A DNA stretch of 55,503 bases, filler included, from Sphacelaria rigidula (GCA_964200075.2; 5 parts of 5 records of this genome joined end to end with filler, not necessarily neighbours in it); one strand, 5' to 3'; counted from the whole stretch's first letter, positions 1-12,106 are shown. Numbers and translations: made by a program. Notes: generated by a model from the letters alone, not told the origin.

Positions 1-129
1 GGGGAACCCCGGGAGCGCCGTTTTTTTTGTGGCACGGGGAACAAAGACCGACCTTCTTAACAAGGGCCCCCCCCCCCCCCCCCAATAAAAAAAAAAGTGG
101 CTGGTTTGGGGAGGAAATAGAAATGAAAC

Positions 130-268
130 AAGCCGAGCACAACGAGCAGCTGGGAACTCCCACGCCCGGGTTCGTTTTCGCCAATATCGCTCGTATGAGG
201 CGCTTCATTCAAGCCTGAAACCAAACATCAGGCGCTTTGTGACCATTTATTTCGTGACAGTTTTGGGC
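130..268 (+). repeat. Repeat shared with ~11190-11330, at two contig starts next to poly-C/G tracts
   Basis: AGCCGAGCACA.CGAGCAGCTGGGA...AGGCGCTTCAT...CTGAAACCA...TGACCATTT...TTCGTGACAGTTTTGGG occurs in both places. Confidence 0.75.
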
Positions 269-504
269 TGGTTCGGGCACTGTACTGCTTCTGTACGGTG
301 CAGAACAAGCGCCGGTACCCCGAGAGAACGGTCGAGATGATGATATGTAGTAGCATCGGAACATGGAGAAGGTACGCAACGCCTTGCAAGCACGAAGACT
401 ACGAAAACAAGACGGAGAGTGTGTTGTTTTGAGTGTGTGGCAGAATTCGTCGTGGTAGCCAGCGTGCATCACTTCCTCCTACGCATGATGCCTTAGAATG
501 TGTA

Positions 505-777
505 CATCAACACGTCGGACAGATCATGATCCGTCTGAAAATTACTTCTTCTCAGTATAGTGATCTGGACAGATCATGATCCGCATCATCTGACCCTACT
601 TTTCCATGTTTGCTCCTTGCGGTGTCGGACGCTGAGCATGCCGAAAAGTGTAAAGGTTGCGCTTTGGCTTTACTGACTCCGCTGTCACATATTTTATCTT
701 TTTGGGCCAACGGACTCGAGAGTCTTCTTTCATTAGTTGTTTCAGACAGATCATGATCTGTCCGACGTGATGGAATG
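505..777. mobile_element. MITE with ~40-bp TIRs containing the palindrome GACAGATCATGATCTGTC, flanked by TA
   Basis: CATCAACACGTCGGACAGATCATGATCCGTCTGAAA at 505 is matched by the reverse complement of TTTCAGACAGATCATGATCTGTCCGACGTGATGGAATG ending at 777. TA lies on both sides. A third GGACAGATCATGATCCG is at ~567. Confidence 0.65.
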
Positions 778-2217
778 TACGGCGCACGCAGCATGTCGAA
801 AAGTGCATCCACTTGACGTGGTCAGGAAAAAACGGCTAGGGGCCCCTGTATACATATTTTTATGCAACAACTCAACATCTATCTGTTCGGCTAAATAGGC
901 GTGTTTTGCTATTAGAACAACATACCTGAAGTCGTTGTTTTTGGCCATGGGGCGATATCGGGCTGGAGGCCAAAAAGTTGACCCGTTGAGACCCACTTCT
1001 ATGGCAAGCGAATCTCGATATTTTGGGACCCCGATTCTGAAAAATCGGGGGGAATCAAATTCGTGAACTCAAAATCGGGGGGACCGTTTTATGGCACAGA
1101 CAGTATAAGAGTATCACAGATTCGTGAAAAGGTTCTGTACACAGACGGGTCATTTTTTGCATGAGTGTGGTACTGCGTACTCGTGCATGAAGCCGAAGAG
1201 CAGGCAGGCGGTAAAAAACCCTTGGAGTACAGTGTCGCACCTTGCTACCCTAACCGAGGGTAATACAGTGCAGGACATTTCATCAGTACAGTACATGATG
1301 ATGCCGTGTGGTAGTACGTGATGGCGCAGTCGGTATTGCGAGAACAGAAACAAATTGCGCGAGCAGAGTTCAAAAGTGCAGTGCTGTACATCCCTTAAGT
1401 ACAGCGACCACATCTAGGAGAGTACAGTAGCGTTCGTTGTAGTGATACATATGGCAGCGCAGCGCAGCATAAAGTATTACTATCGCCGCAGGGCACGGCG
1501 TCAGCACTTATTATCCGCATGTCAAACCCCGTGCGAAGTTGCTTCAGCAGCTGCGGCGGGCAGTAGGCATGCCCTGTGCTGTCACGAGACTGTCTTCTGC
1601 TGCTGTTGCAAAAACATCAAACGCCTCGTGCTCTGGCAGTGTACGTCAATGGACGTACATCACCTCATTTTTTCGAAAAATCGGGGGAAACCGTTCCGAG
1701 ATCGCGACACCCCGATTTTCGCTCCCGATTTGGTCCAAATCCGTGTCCATACAAATACATTCCCCGATTTTGAAAAAAATCGAGATTCGTGGCTTGCCAT
1801 GAAAGTGGATCTGACTGAACACCTTGGGGGAATCTACAGTGGAACAGCGTCCGTACCTCAGCGCCTTCGGGACGAGACGCCACAAATTACCTCTAACTCG
1901 AAAAACGCTAGCCTGAACAAGGCTTGCTCCAAATGGACGACGAGAGCGTGTTTGCGTGTCACATCCAACAGTCAGTTAGTCGCAAATGAGTATTGTCCCT
2001 TTGTCATCAACGCCCCGCGGCTGTTACGTTATATCCGTGCTTGCTTGATGTCTGTTGCTTCGGCGTTGAAAACTTGCCCCCCCGTCATGCGCGTGTGCCT
2101 TTGAACTATGTGCTGCATACCGCGTTGTAGGCAGTGGCTGTAGCTCGTCCAGCGTGTTTTGCCACCTCTCTGACGGTTGGGAGAAGCTGTGCGCTTTTCG
2201 CGATGTCTCTGGTGTTC

Positions 2218-2520
2218 GACCGTTTTTTATCGGGACAAATCTGTTACTTGCACAAAATCTAAGGATTTCAGCCCCCGTCTGCAGGCGATTTCTCCCGTGG
2301 GTTGATTCCTCGGACCCCATTCCGTTGGACATTGTTTCTCGGCTAGCTGTGAGAGAATCAGGTCAATGCTCCGGTTTGTCTGGTTTTCCCACAACTAGCC
2401 GAGAAGCGTTTTCCAACGGACTGGGGCCCAAAGAATCGATCCACCGGGGAAAATCGCCTGCAGACGGGCTGGGGTCCTCAGATTTGTACACGCACAGATT
2501 CGTTTCCATGCCAAACGGTC
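2218..2520. repeat. Imperfect hairpin with ~140-bp arms and an ~18-nt loop
   Basis: The left arm 2218-2361 pairs with 2380-2520, e.g. CCCGTCTGCAGGCGATTT / AAATCGCCTGCAGACGGG and TTCTCGGCTAG / CTAGCCGAGAA. A single-arm relative lies at ~34700-34840. Confidence 0.8.
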
Positions 2521-3638
2521 TCATCAGCTCGGCGTTTGTCATGTGCAGAATAGTGAGGAAAAAGCGGTACCACTGGAGTTATCTGTATCGCTGTACAACT
2601 CTCTTGGTAATGCTTCATTATATAATGTATGCGCGAGACCTCTGTCCTTCGCACAAAATCCACAGCCGCACCGAGAGATCGACCCCCAGCGGTGGGACTC
2701 GTGCGAGTTGGATGCGCGTCTAGTCCTTTCGTCGTCTCTTCGCCGCGGCAGTGTTCCACCACTAATCGATGAGAATTTTCACGGAATTTTAATACTTGAT
2801 TTGAGTGTGAACAGCGATTTTCGGATCTTTAGTGCGACTGACAAGCCCAAGTGCTCCTGGCGTGCGCAGAACGCGTTTTCGTCACTAATCGGCGCCACCG
2901 ATTTGAGGTCTGCCGATGCCACACTTCACCTACGGAACGCTCTGCACCTCCCTTGCCCGAAGGTTCTCGGTAGACCTAAGGTTAGGGTGAGCGTTAGCGT
3001 TGGTTTGGAACAGTATGTCTCCGATAAATTTCTTCCTACAACCAAGCGGTAGACATACCTCCTCCGCTGTCTCGTTCTGGCGTTTTTCTGTGCCCGCACC
3101 TTAACGAAATACAAGTTAGCTTCATGATATTTTTTAATTTTTTTGTATGGCTCCCCTGGTCAGTCAAATCCAACCACTGCCCTGAAGAAATGAGAGCACA
3201 AAGGTCGACAACGATCTTCCGTGCTGTGGCTCATACAACTTCAGAAACTCAGGCCATTTTTTTATTTTATAAGCGTACATGAATCGGTGCAAAGGGACGA
3301 ATACCTTCTGTTTGCTTTTGCCTGGGACTCATCGTCATTGGTTCAATTCCCTTCCTTCATGCGAAAACATGCGTGTGTTCTTCGTTCATGACAATATGAC
3401 GTCCAAATCTCAACCAGTCAACCGTACCACCCCAAACGGCCGTTGTTCACAGCAGCCAAAGGGTTTCCTAAGCGCTGCAAGCCGCACTTGCATTCCAGCA
3501 GTGAAAGTTGTTTTTATCCTCTCGAATAATTTTGAATCGCACGTTTGGCAGCAAAAACACGCGCGTCGACCCCTGTCTATTTGCTGTGTTTTTCACCCTC
3601 GTATATCGATTCGTACCGTTTAACGCCGTCGTATGTAG

Positions 3639-6600
3639 GACCCGTCGGCAGCTGACCCAAACTTCTCGACACTGAGGGGGCTTGTGCGATTCACCGCACG
3701 CCGCGCGACTGCGGCGGAACTAGAGCGTGAAGGCATCACTCCTCCCCCCTCCCATGGGGAGGAAGGCAAAAACTACGGCAAGGAGCAAGCGGTACTCGAG
3801 GTCGTGGCTAGGGTCTGTCGGTCTGTTCTCGTCGCCGACATTACGGAGTTGCAGTTCTTGGAGGCCCGACCCGGAATGTTGTACGTGAAGGAGTTCTCGG
3901 TCTGGAACAAGTGAGGACGGACGGGATGGGGCGTGATGAGACGTGATTGGACGGTTCATTCGATGTGATGGGGGGTGGGGAGGGGCAGGGGAGGGCGTAC
4001 TCCTTTGTTGTTTTCCTTCGTTGGTTGACCATTGACCACACATCCATTTCGAAAGACAGATGATCGATGTTAATCCTCACAGATGCACCTCCAATATTTG
4101 GGCGCTCATTACATCTCTTCCATACATCTTAGTACAAGAACCTTTCATACATCTTCAGCCCCTTCCTGTTTCGCGGTCTGTGGCCACCTTCGTTTACTTC
4201 CCACATTTCCGTGCCCCGTTGAAACTCTTGACTACTCAATTTCACATGGGAAACGTCTATTTCGAGTTATATTCAACATGAAAACGAGAAAAAAACTGCA
4301 TCAAGTTTTCGAGTCACGCAACGAAAAACTCTGTACAAATATTCCGTGGATTACTCCATGATGCAAAAGCTATATATTTATATATATATATATACATGTT
4401 TCGGCATCATGTACCGTCTTCCAGAGGTCCCAGGGTGAAGAGCCCCGGGTGGAGCAGAGAAAATTGAAACATTCCTCTACACTACATTTTTACACTGAGA
4501 GCATCAATACCTACCGAACTGCTAAATTTGAGGCCAGTCGAAGCTTTTTTACAACAGATATAAAGGAAACCATCAGGAGGCTTGCTGGGTCTTTGATGTC
4601 TTCCATTCATCGGTATCCGGCGATGCCGGAAGTCCCCAACACCGAAATGCCACGCGGTTGGGTATAATTTTGTCCCATTTTGACCTTTTTGAAACATTTT
4701 TTCCCCGTCAGTTTCCCGAGCTGATGGCAGTTACTTCAACCAGAAGCATGTGGGAGATAGGATACAAATATCGAGTTTCAATGTTATATTTACCATGCGG
4801 TGTGATGGCTCCTGCCCCCCCTGCAGCTTCGTTTTGTGCGTAAGCAGTCTCCGGCGCGTACAATCTCTCCTCCCATCCATCGGCGGCCGAGTGCAAATTA
4901 GCTTTCTGCAGGGGGCTAGGGGAGTATGTGTTCTCCATCAGTAGTGTGCTCCCCTTACACAATGTCACGCTGAAAATCCACGTATTCGTGTTTCCTGCTT
5001 CCTCCTTTTATCTTCTTCGCCAGATCCGAGATTCCGCTGACCTTTAGGCTTAAGACGTCGGTATGGTTATCGGCGGAGTCAGGGGTGCTGGATTGCTCCG
5101 ACTATGACACTGGCACACCTCTTCCCCCTAGCAGTGCCGGTCGAAAGATCGGCGCCTTCGCGCATCTGCGAGTACGTGTTGCATTCCGACCACGCGAGGT
5201 GAGAGTTGGTTCCCGAATCGGACGTTGGGGGGTGGTTAATGGTTTCTTGGCAATCAGTATCTTGTGTATGTCGTGTCCGTGGCCCGTGCATGCCGACGTC
5301 AGATGTTATTTCGTGGCGGGCACTGCTTTTGGTGGATATCGTTACTGAAGGACAAAGTACCCTATTGATGACTCCAAGTGGCGTTCCAGAGTCCAGAGCC
5401 CCCTCGCCATATTTCGATCTTCTAGTTTTTTGTTTTCAGGGGGGGAGAGGGGGGGTCAACCATTTTGTCAAAGCGTTGTTCCTCTTGCCTCCTCCTTCTG
5501 GATGTTTGGGATCTTATGTGTTGTTATGAACGTACGGCCAATGTTTCCGCTCAGCATCTATCTCATGTTACACCACTTTGCATGTCCCCATACCGCCTTT
5601 CCCCCCGCCTCCCCCCGCCGCCGCCTCCGCCGCAATATCCCAGGTCGGTCAGCGAGAGTACCGAATATTCGTGGAAAACCTGAACGACGTCTCAAACACC
5701 TTGGCCGTCGACATCATCACTTCCGTAGTTTCGGAGTCGCGTCTGGATGGGCTGCGGATCCAGACGGACGCCGGTGCCTCGCTGGAAAGCGGAAGCGTGC
5801 TGCAGTTTGATAACTGCTACACCGGGGTCGTCATGTCCCGACGGCTGCGCGTGAAAAACACTACCGGGATGGCCATGGATATCAGTCTCCGCTCCGACAA
5901 GCCCCGCGAGGTGAGCGAAAGGTGCTGAGTGGGTCTGATTTGTTGTCTTCGGCAGAGGGCCACCGAGCTAATGTTGGGTCAACCTGTTCATGCTCAGGTT
6001 CTTCGACACGCGTGGTACGTGCAGTATTCCCTTGTATATTTCCCCCCGTTGTTCGCAAATTCCACAACGCACAGCATCCGTATGTCTTTGAGAGATGGAA
6101 AACCAGAGAGCTGTGAGTCTCTCCAAACTGGCGTGTGGTCAACACAGTCGCATCCGCCATGCATTTTTCCCGTCTCTCAACTTGAAATGCGTATCGCATA
6201 CAAGGTATACATGAACACACCGCGTTGTAGCACAGTCTTGCCCGAGGACTCGAAAGTATAGATGGATCGCCATCACGTGTACCCCCATCATTAACTCAGG
6301 TAATGTTCGAGCTGGAGACCGAACCCATCTCGACGTCGTCCCGCCGCGGCCGCCACCGCTTTTTGAGCATCGGCGGTAGTATAGGCGACTGGGGCAGCAC
6401 AGGCGGCCTGAGCGGCGGCGCCGGGGGGAGCGTAGGACCGCGCCAGCGGAGATTGGACAGGGCAGATAGCATCTCCATAGATCCAGCACCTGGCGGCGGC
6501 GGTGCTGGCGGCTTGGATTCGAGCGGTCGGGGGATTAGAAGTACGCGAAGCAGCCGCAAGGATAAGCGCGGTGGGGCGACGATGAGCCGCATATGGCCTT

Positions 6601-9600
6601 CAGCCGATGATGAAGATGGCACGAACGGCGACGGCGAGGGAGAGGGCGACGGCCCACGGCCGGGCGGAGATGCTATGGGACTCGCGGTGACCGGAGGAGG
6701 GGGGGGTGGCGGCCGGAGCCGCGGCAGCGGGTCGGGTGGCCGAACGGAGTCATTCGATAGTCTATCGGAGGAGGGAGGAGGAGAGATCGGAGATTCCGGC
6801 CTCGATAGGGGCAAATTTGGAGTACTGGGAGGCAGTGGCTTCGTGAACAGAGTCCAGGACCCATTTTTGAGTAGTAGAAAAGATGACCACTCGGGAGATG
6901 GGAGAAACGGCTATGACGGGGAGTTGCTCGGCCGTCGTGGTAGTGCGGGAAGTGGGAGCGGTAGCGGTGGCGGCACGAGGTATCATCGGTCGAGAATTAG
7001 GAGTAGTAGCGGGGGCGGGGGCGGAAGCGGAAGCGGGAGCAGCGGCGGCGGTGGCGGCGTCCGGGGGTCGGGGTCCAATCGGGGGTCGGACTTTCGGCGT
7101 AATAGGAGAACGAGGGCGGACACCATGGAGGATGAGGACGAAGAGGGAGAGGAGGAGCACGAGGAAGACGGGGATGACACTGGACTTGGAACGGGGGGCT
7201 CGCCTGCGAACAGGTACGATGGGTGGTTACTGGCAAAAGGGAACGAGAGGTCATTTTCTACGAGGTCATTTTACACAGTATCTGAGACTATCATTAAATT
7301 TACCAGATACGTTCTGATGTTTGTGGTCTATAGACCGTGTTGCTCGGTCGTCTACACCCGGAAGAGCAGCGTTACCAAACTTTGCCGAACACGCGCACTT
7401 GGTGCAGAGTGAGAGTGTTTCTGTACGCACACGTTTTCAACTCCAAGACATGAATCAGGATACGAGCGTTCAGTCCATTCGAAAATAAAATAGAGAGTAA
7501 AAAATGAAAAACTTGCGGTGGAGATGTACAGATTCACGGGACAAGAGTAATCTATTGACGCCTCGGACTGGTGTCCTGCGCTCCTTTGAATCTATGAAGC
7601 AAAACACCAACATGTGTTGGGTTCGCCCAGACAAGGTCCAGTCAGCACCCTGGGACTCAACTATACAGGCAACACAGAACATCTTCCCCACACATGACCA
7701 CTCGATATCAGCAGCCCTCCATCGCCATCAACGCTTTGAGTGCAATGTGTTCATTTTAGTCAAGTGCCTTCGCGAACTGCGTTGTGACATACAGTAGTGT
7801 GTGGTCTAACTATTCACGGGTGTTTCGGGGTTTTCGTCACGTAGTTCTCTTCGAGAGAACTCGAAATTGCTAGTGTCGGTAGATTTTGGTACAGTGAATA
7901 GATCCTCGAAACACGGTGCCCAAGTCAGGGTTGGTTGGTCTTGTCGGGCGACACGAGTGAATTCCCCGTTTATCAGGAGGGTGTTATTGACCGCGAAACA
8001 TAGTTTTTCGGCTCTATTAATAGTGTAATTCATGAGTAGGTAGAATTTCAAGAACATGAGACGGTACATTTCTTCACAAATATGATCAGGACAGGCTCGA
8101 TCGACCGAAAATACCGCAGAGTAAGAATTTGGGCTGAAACGTGGCAAGGATCCCCTACAGGCTGGTTCAGGCCCATCACCCAAAAAACACTCATCGGCAA
8201 AACCTCACGCCGTTTTCAGGAGTTAGACCCTGAAATTTTGTACCAACGTTCTATGGAACATTACGCAACTTTCGAAGGTCGAGGTTTCTCGACCTTTTTG
8301 ATTTTTTTCACCGTTTATCGGGGGTCCCAGTTTTTTTTCGGGAAACATCGATCCAACCGGACCCCCGTAAAACGGTGAAGAAAAAACTAGAAAAAAACTC
8401 GTCCATCCAAAGTTGCGTAATCACCCATAGCACAGTTATGCGAAATTTCAGGGTCTAACCCCTTAAGACGGCGTGAGATTTTCCGCTTTTGTGCGATGAA
8501 CTTCAACGTGCCGCGGTGAAACCGCAAACTACTGGATTATAGTAAGAAAACGGCGTTTTGGGTCTTCTCAGACGTGAACATGAAAATTCAAGCATCGGTT
8601 GATCGAGTTTTGCAACGAAGTTGTGTGGGGCTCTTCCTAGGGTTATGCGGCGACAGCTTGTTCACCAAAAAATGAAGAAAAAAAATGCAGTACCGGTTTT
8701 CCGGGGTCCTAGAAAGGAGACTACTTCGAAAAACGATGAAAAATCTAGAAGTAAAAAAAATATCGTCCGTGGAAAATTGAGTAATGATACATGGCATATT
8801 TGTGCAAAGTTTCAGGACCGAACTCCTACTAACGGCGTGAAGGTTTGCGCGTTTGTGGAGGACGTGGGCTTGAAACGTGCAACTCCTGACTACTTGGTTT
8901 TAGTATGGAAACGTCTTAAGGGGGTGAATTTCACGTGAAGGCAAGAAAAACTTTATGAGGTTTTCGATTTTCTCCACCAAACTCTGTACATGTGTTACTT
9001 GAACTATCCCGGTACGCATCATTTTATTATTTTTCTTCTGGGGTATTCTGTACCGCCTTCCGGGGGTGTTCATACCGGGATCCCCGGAAGCCGGTAGAGA
9101 ACGGAGTAACCATGATATTTTGTCAAGAATACATTTTTTCCATTTGGAGCATCTCAAACTTGGCGGTTATACCAACGGAACTGCCAAGTTTGAGGGTGAT
9201 CTGAGCTTTTCTACGACAGATATAGGCGACACCGTCACGAGGCTCCCTGGGTCTTTCGTGCGTGATATTAGTGGAAATTAGACGATGCCAACACTCGACA
9301 ACACTGAAACATCACGGTTTCGGGTATGATTAGACCCTCGTAGTAACCGTTTTCAAATATGTTATTTTCGTTGGAGTCCCGATCCGATGACGGTTACGAC
9401 GACTTGGAGCATGTGGAGATTGGGTAAAAAATTGGGCTTAGACTTCGTAACTCCGACTTCGCAACAAGTTGACGGGCGCTGATTGGTCGATATACCTTTT
9501 CGCCCTTACCGCTACCACTATGGTCTTCCACACAAATCTGGCTATGTCACGCTCTTCAGCTATCCATGGCGGTCAATATGAAATCATGTACGCGATTTTT

Positions 9601-10112
9601 GGGTAGGTATTTCGAAAGGCAATTGCTGATGACACAATTTTGGGTGATGAGCGTGAACCGGCCTGTATGACCGGTCAGCCCGTAAGTCACTCGATATTGA
9701 GTGAGATTAATGTTTTTTCCTGAAATTTGGAGCGGATACAAATATCTTCAGATCTCCAATGTGACTACTGTGCATCTGTCTTTTCTTCTCAGGCGTACAA
9801 CCTATTGTAGCTTTTGTCAGTACATATTCGATTATCGAACTGTTGATATATTGAGCAGCTAGTAACCAATTTTGATTCTGATCCGTTACTCGATATTGAT
9901 CGTATATCCCGCCTCTCGTTTCTATCTCCGTGTCACGTCGTGCGGAATCTTGACATTTTCCCTCCATAACGTCGTTGTTTTCTCTTGCGTAAAGAAGCAA
10001 CAAATATTCAAAATTATGGGTGGTCAGCTCACCTTTAATTTCCCGCCGCTTTCATAATCTGGGCGCAGATACAAACGGCGTTTCACATCCCCACTAGTTC
10101 ATCCACCCTCCG

Positions 10113-10157
<45 letters not shown>

Positions 10158-10777
10158 TGCGCTACCCTTTTGATCATATTCATTCACGCATTTGCACATG
10201 ATGATGCGCGTGGCACATCACGTGGCAAATCAAATTGAACGTAGAGTGACGGGCAGGGGCGGCTCACCCGGCGGGAACGGCGGCAATGGCGGTGGCGTGC
10301 TCGGGGTGGACGGAGACAGCCGAGGCGCCGGGTTGCGAGGCGCCAGGGAAGACGGCAGAAGCCGGTGGAGCTTGTACCCTAGAGCAGTCGGAATCAATGG
10401 GAATGATGATGAGGACGACGACGATGACAATGACCAAGATCACGACGTGGACAGAAAGAAACGCATTAATCGCCACAAGCGCCGGCATAACCAATATCGC
10501 AGGACTCACGGTAGCGGCAGCGTGGGCAGTACAGGCGTCGGCGGTGGTGACTGCACATTGTGCGCGTATCACGGAGGAAAAGTTGACAGAGCTGGTAGCG
10601 GCGGCCGCCGTGGTGTTAAAAGCGGGGGTATCGGGAGCAGTCACGTGGGCGGTGGTCTGGGGGGTGTCGGGGCGGGGGCGGGTGAAGTGGAGTGCAGGAT
10701 GTGTGCCGAGGCTGCTAGGCGGGCGAGAAAAAATGGAACGTCTGTCGGGATGGACTCTGCAGCACAAGGTGAAAAAG
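3639..10777 (+). CDS. Partial multi-exon gene: uncharacterised protein with ASH/PapD-like Ig-fold motifs followed by Gly/Ser/Arg/Asp-rich low-complexity segments
   Basis: GT-AG exons with matching phases: 3639-3910 (DPSAADPNF...LYVKEFSVWNK), 5024-5198 (SEIPLTFRLK...LRVRVAFRPRE), 5644-5910 (VGQREYRIFVENLND...LQFDNCYTGVVMSRRLRVKNTTGMAMDISLRSDKPRE), 6300-7213 (Gly-rich, ends AAC-AG), 10245-~10777 (A-GTG-ACG, phase 2 match). The last donor is uncertain (10768, 10777 or 10796). The motifs 'FSVWNKSEIPLTF' and 'LQFDNCYTG...LRVKNTT' resemble ASH-type beta-sandwich repeats (inference). No start or stop was found in this contig. Confidence 0.8.
4130..4790 (+). repeat. Diverged interspersed repeat; second copy at ~8790-9450
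   Basis: Colinear shared blocks include AACTC.TGACTACT, GGAAACGTCT, AAACTCTGTACA, TGTACCG.CTTCC, GAACTGC.AA.TTTGAGG, CTGGGTCTTT and AGCATGTGG. This copy has a (TA)n tract at ~4371-4394. Confidence 0.65.
8195..8485. repeat. Imperfect hairpin with ~130-bp arms inside a larger diverged element (~8000-9850)
   Basis: CTCACGCCGT...GTTAGACCCTGAAATTT...ATTACGCAACTTT...TTCACCGTTT...CGGGGGTCC is mirrored at 8359-8485. An outer inverted match links ~8155-8200 with ~9625-9670. Confidence 0.75.
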
Positions 10778-11023
10778 GTGCGGAAGAGACGGAGAGGTGG
10801 CATGTGGCTGACCCGCCTCGGCTGGTAGTTGTGATTCACGTCGGGTTATAACGGAAATGTTATTTTTCATGCTGTGATTTACGTTTGGTACGCAAGAGCG
10901 GTAGGGTTGAAACAGAAATATTGGCCCGGCTGCATGCCCATGCTTGGAAGGGGTTTTGTTATTGGGGGGGGGGGGGTGTTCTCATGATCATGCATGCCAT
11001 AGTCATGAGACCGCTGACCTCGC

Positions 11024-11123
11024 NNNNNNNNNNNNNNNNNNNNNNNNNNNNNNNNNNNNNNNNNNNNTTAATTAATTAANNNNNNNNNNNNNNNNNNNNN
11101 NNNNNNNNNNNNNNNNNNNNNNN
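11024..11123. other. Artificial contig linker N44-TTAATTAATTAA-N44 (also at 22144-22243, 33264-33363, 44384-44483)
   Basis: Four identical 100-bp spacers, exactly 11120 bp apart. The 12-mer places stop codons in all six frames. Confidence 0.98.
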
Positions 11124-11494
11124 CCCCCCCCACTCCCGAGAAAAGTAGCTAGTTTGAAGAGTCCAACTCTACCTGAAAATCATGGTGACAATAGCCGAGC
11201 ACACCGAGCAGCTGGGACCTCCCACCCTTGTGACCGTTTTCGCCCATGTCACCCATGTAAGGCGCTTCATGCAGGCTGAAACCAGCTTACATGCACTGAA
11301 TGACCATTTCCTTCGTGACAGTTTTGGGGGATGGCTTGGGGGGGGGGGGGGGGGGGGGGTTAGGGGGAATCATTATTAAACCGCACGCCCCCGGAACTGG
11401 CCACCCCCCTCCCCCCCCCCCCCAACGGTTCNNNNNNNNNNGAGCGTTGCAGTGGAGAACAACCAGTCATCGCTTCGCGAGTTTGGTGTTTTGT

Positions 11495-11540
<46 letters not shown>

Positions 11541-11903
11541 GGCTATCGGGGCATCATTCATAGAACGCACGGCCTCTGTAAGAGTCAACCCCCTCCTCCT
11601 CCGCCCCAACGGATCTCGAGATGTACACACCCTAGATAATGGCAATAGATAACATCGGCAGAACCTGTACTGCGTACACTATCGAACATAACGTATATTG
11701 CAATAGATAACGTGATCGATACTGTGCGCAGCACTCTTCCTGCCAGTGTAATCATCTTTTGTCCAGGGCGTAACGATTAACAGCACCAGTTACAACACCG
11801 GGGCGCGCGCGGCGGCAATTTGCATTTTTCCTACGATTATTATTTTACGGTGCACAAGCAATGACTACACGAAGAAACGGGAAGGGTCGCGGGGGAAAAG
11901 GTC

Positions 11904-12106
11904 CAAGGGTGTGTCGGTTGGGGTATACCTGATATTGTGGTATTTTGAAAAGTCAATCATCACCTGCCGAAGTCAGCCGCAATGATTTGTATGGGCTTTA
12001 GGGATGGGAGTAGCAACATTGGGCTGGCTGCTGCTGTGGGCATGGGTCATACTTCCACTTTTCGAAATGCTACAATATCGGGTATATCCCACCCGACACG
12101 CCCTTG
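11904..12106. mobile_element. hAT-type MITE, 203 bp
   Basis: TIRs CAAGGGTGTGTCGGTTGGGGTATACCTGATATTGTGG and CTACAATATCGGGTATATCCCACCCGACACGCCCTTG. Flanks AAAAGGTC / ACAAGGTC give a 7/8 TSD. Confidence 0.8.

Noticed and set aside
2500..2535. Hammerhead ribozyme core on the minus strand (CTGATGA...GAAAC)
   Set aside because: The stem II closing pair does not fit and no stems I/III were found.
1442..3052. Long ORFs of 220, 189 and 169 aa
   Set aside because: They run through recognisable repeats and hairpins, have random-looking composition, and show no domain or exon support.
11068..11079. TTAATTAATTAA as a biological motif
   Set aside because: It is a synthetic six-frame stop spacer embedded in Ns.
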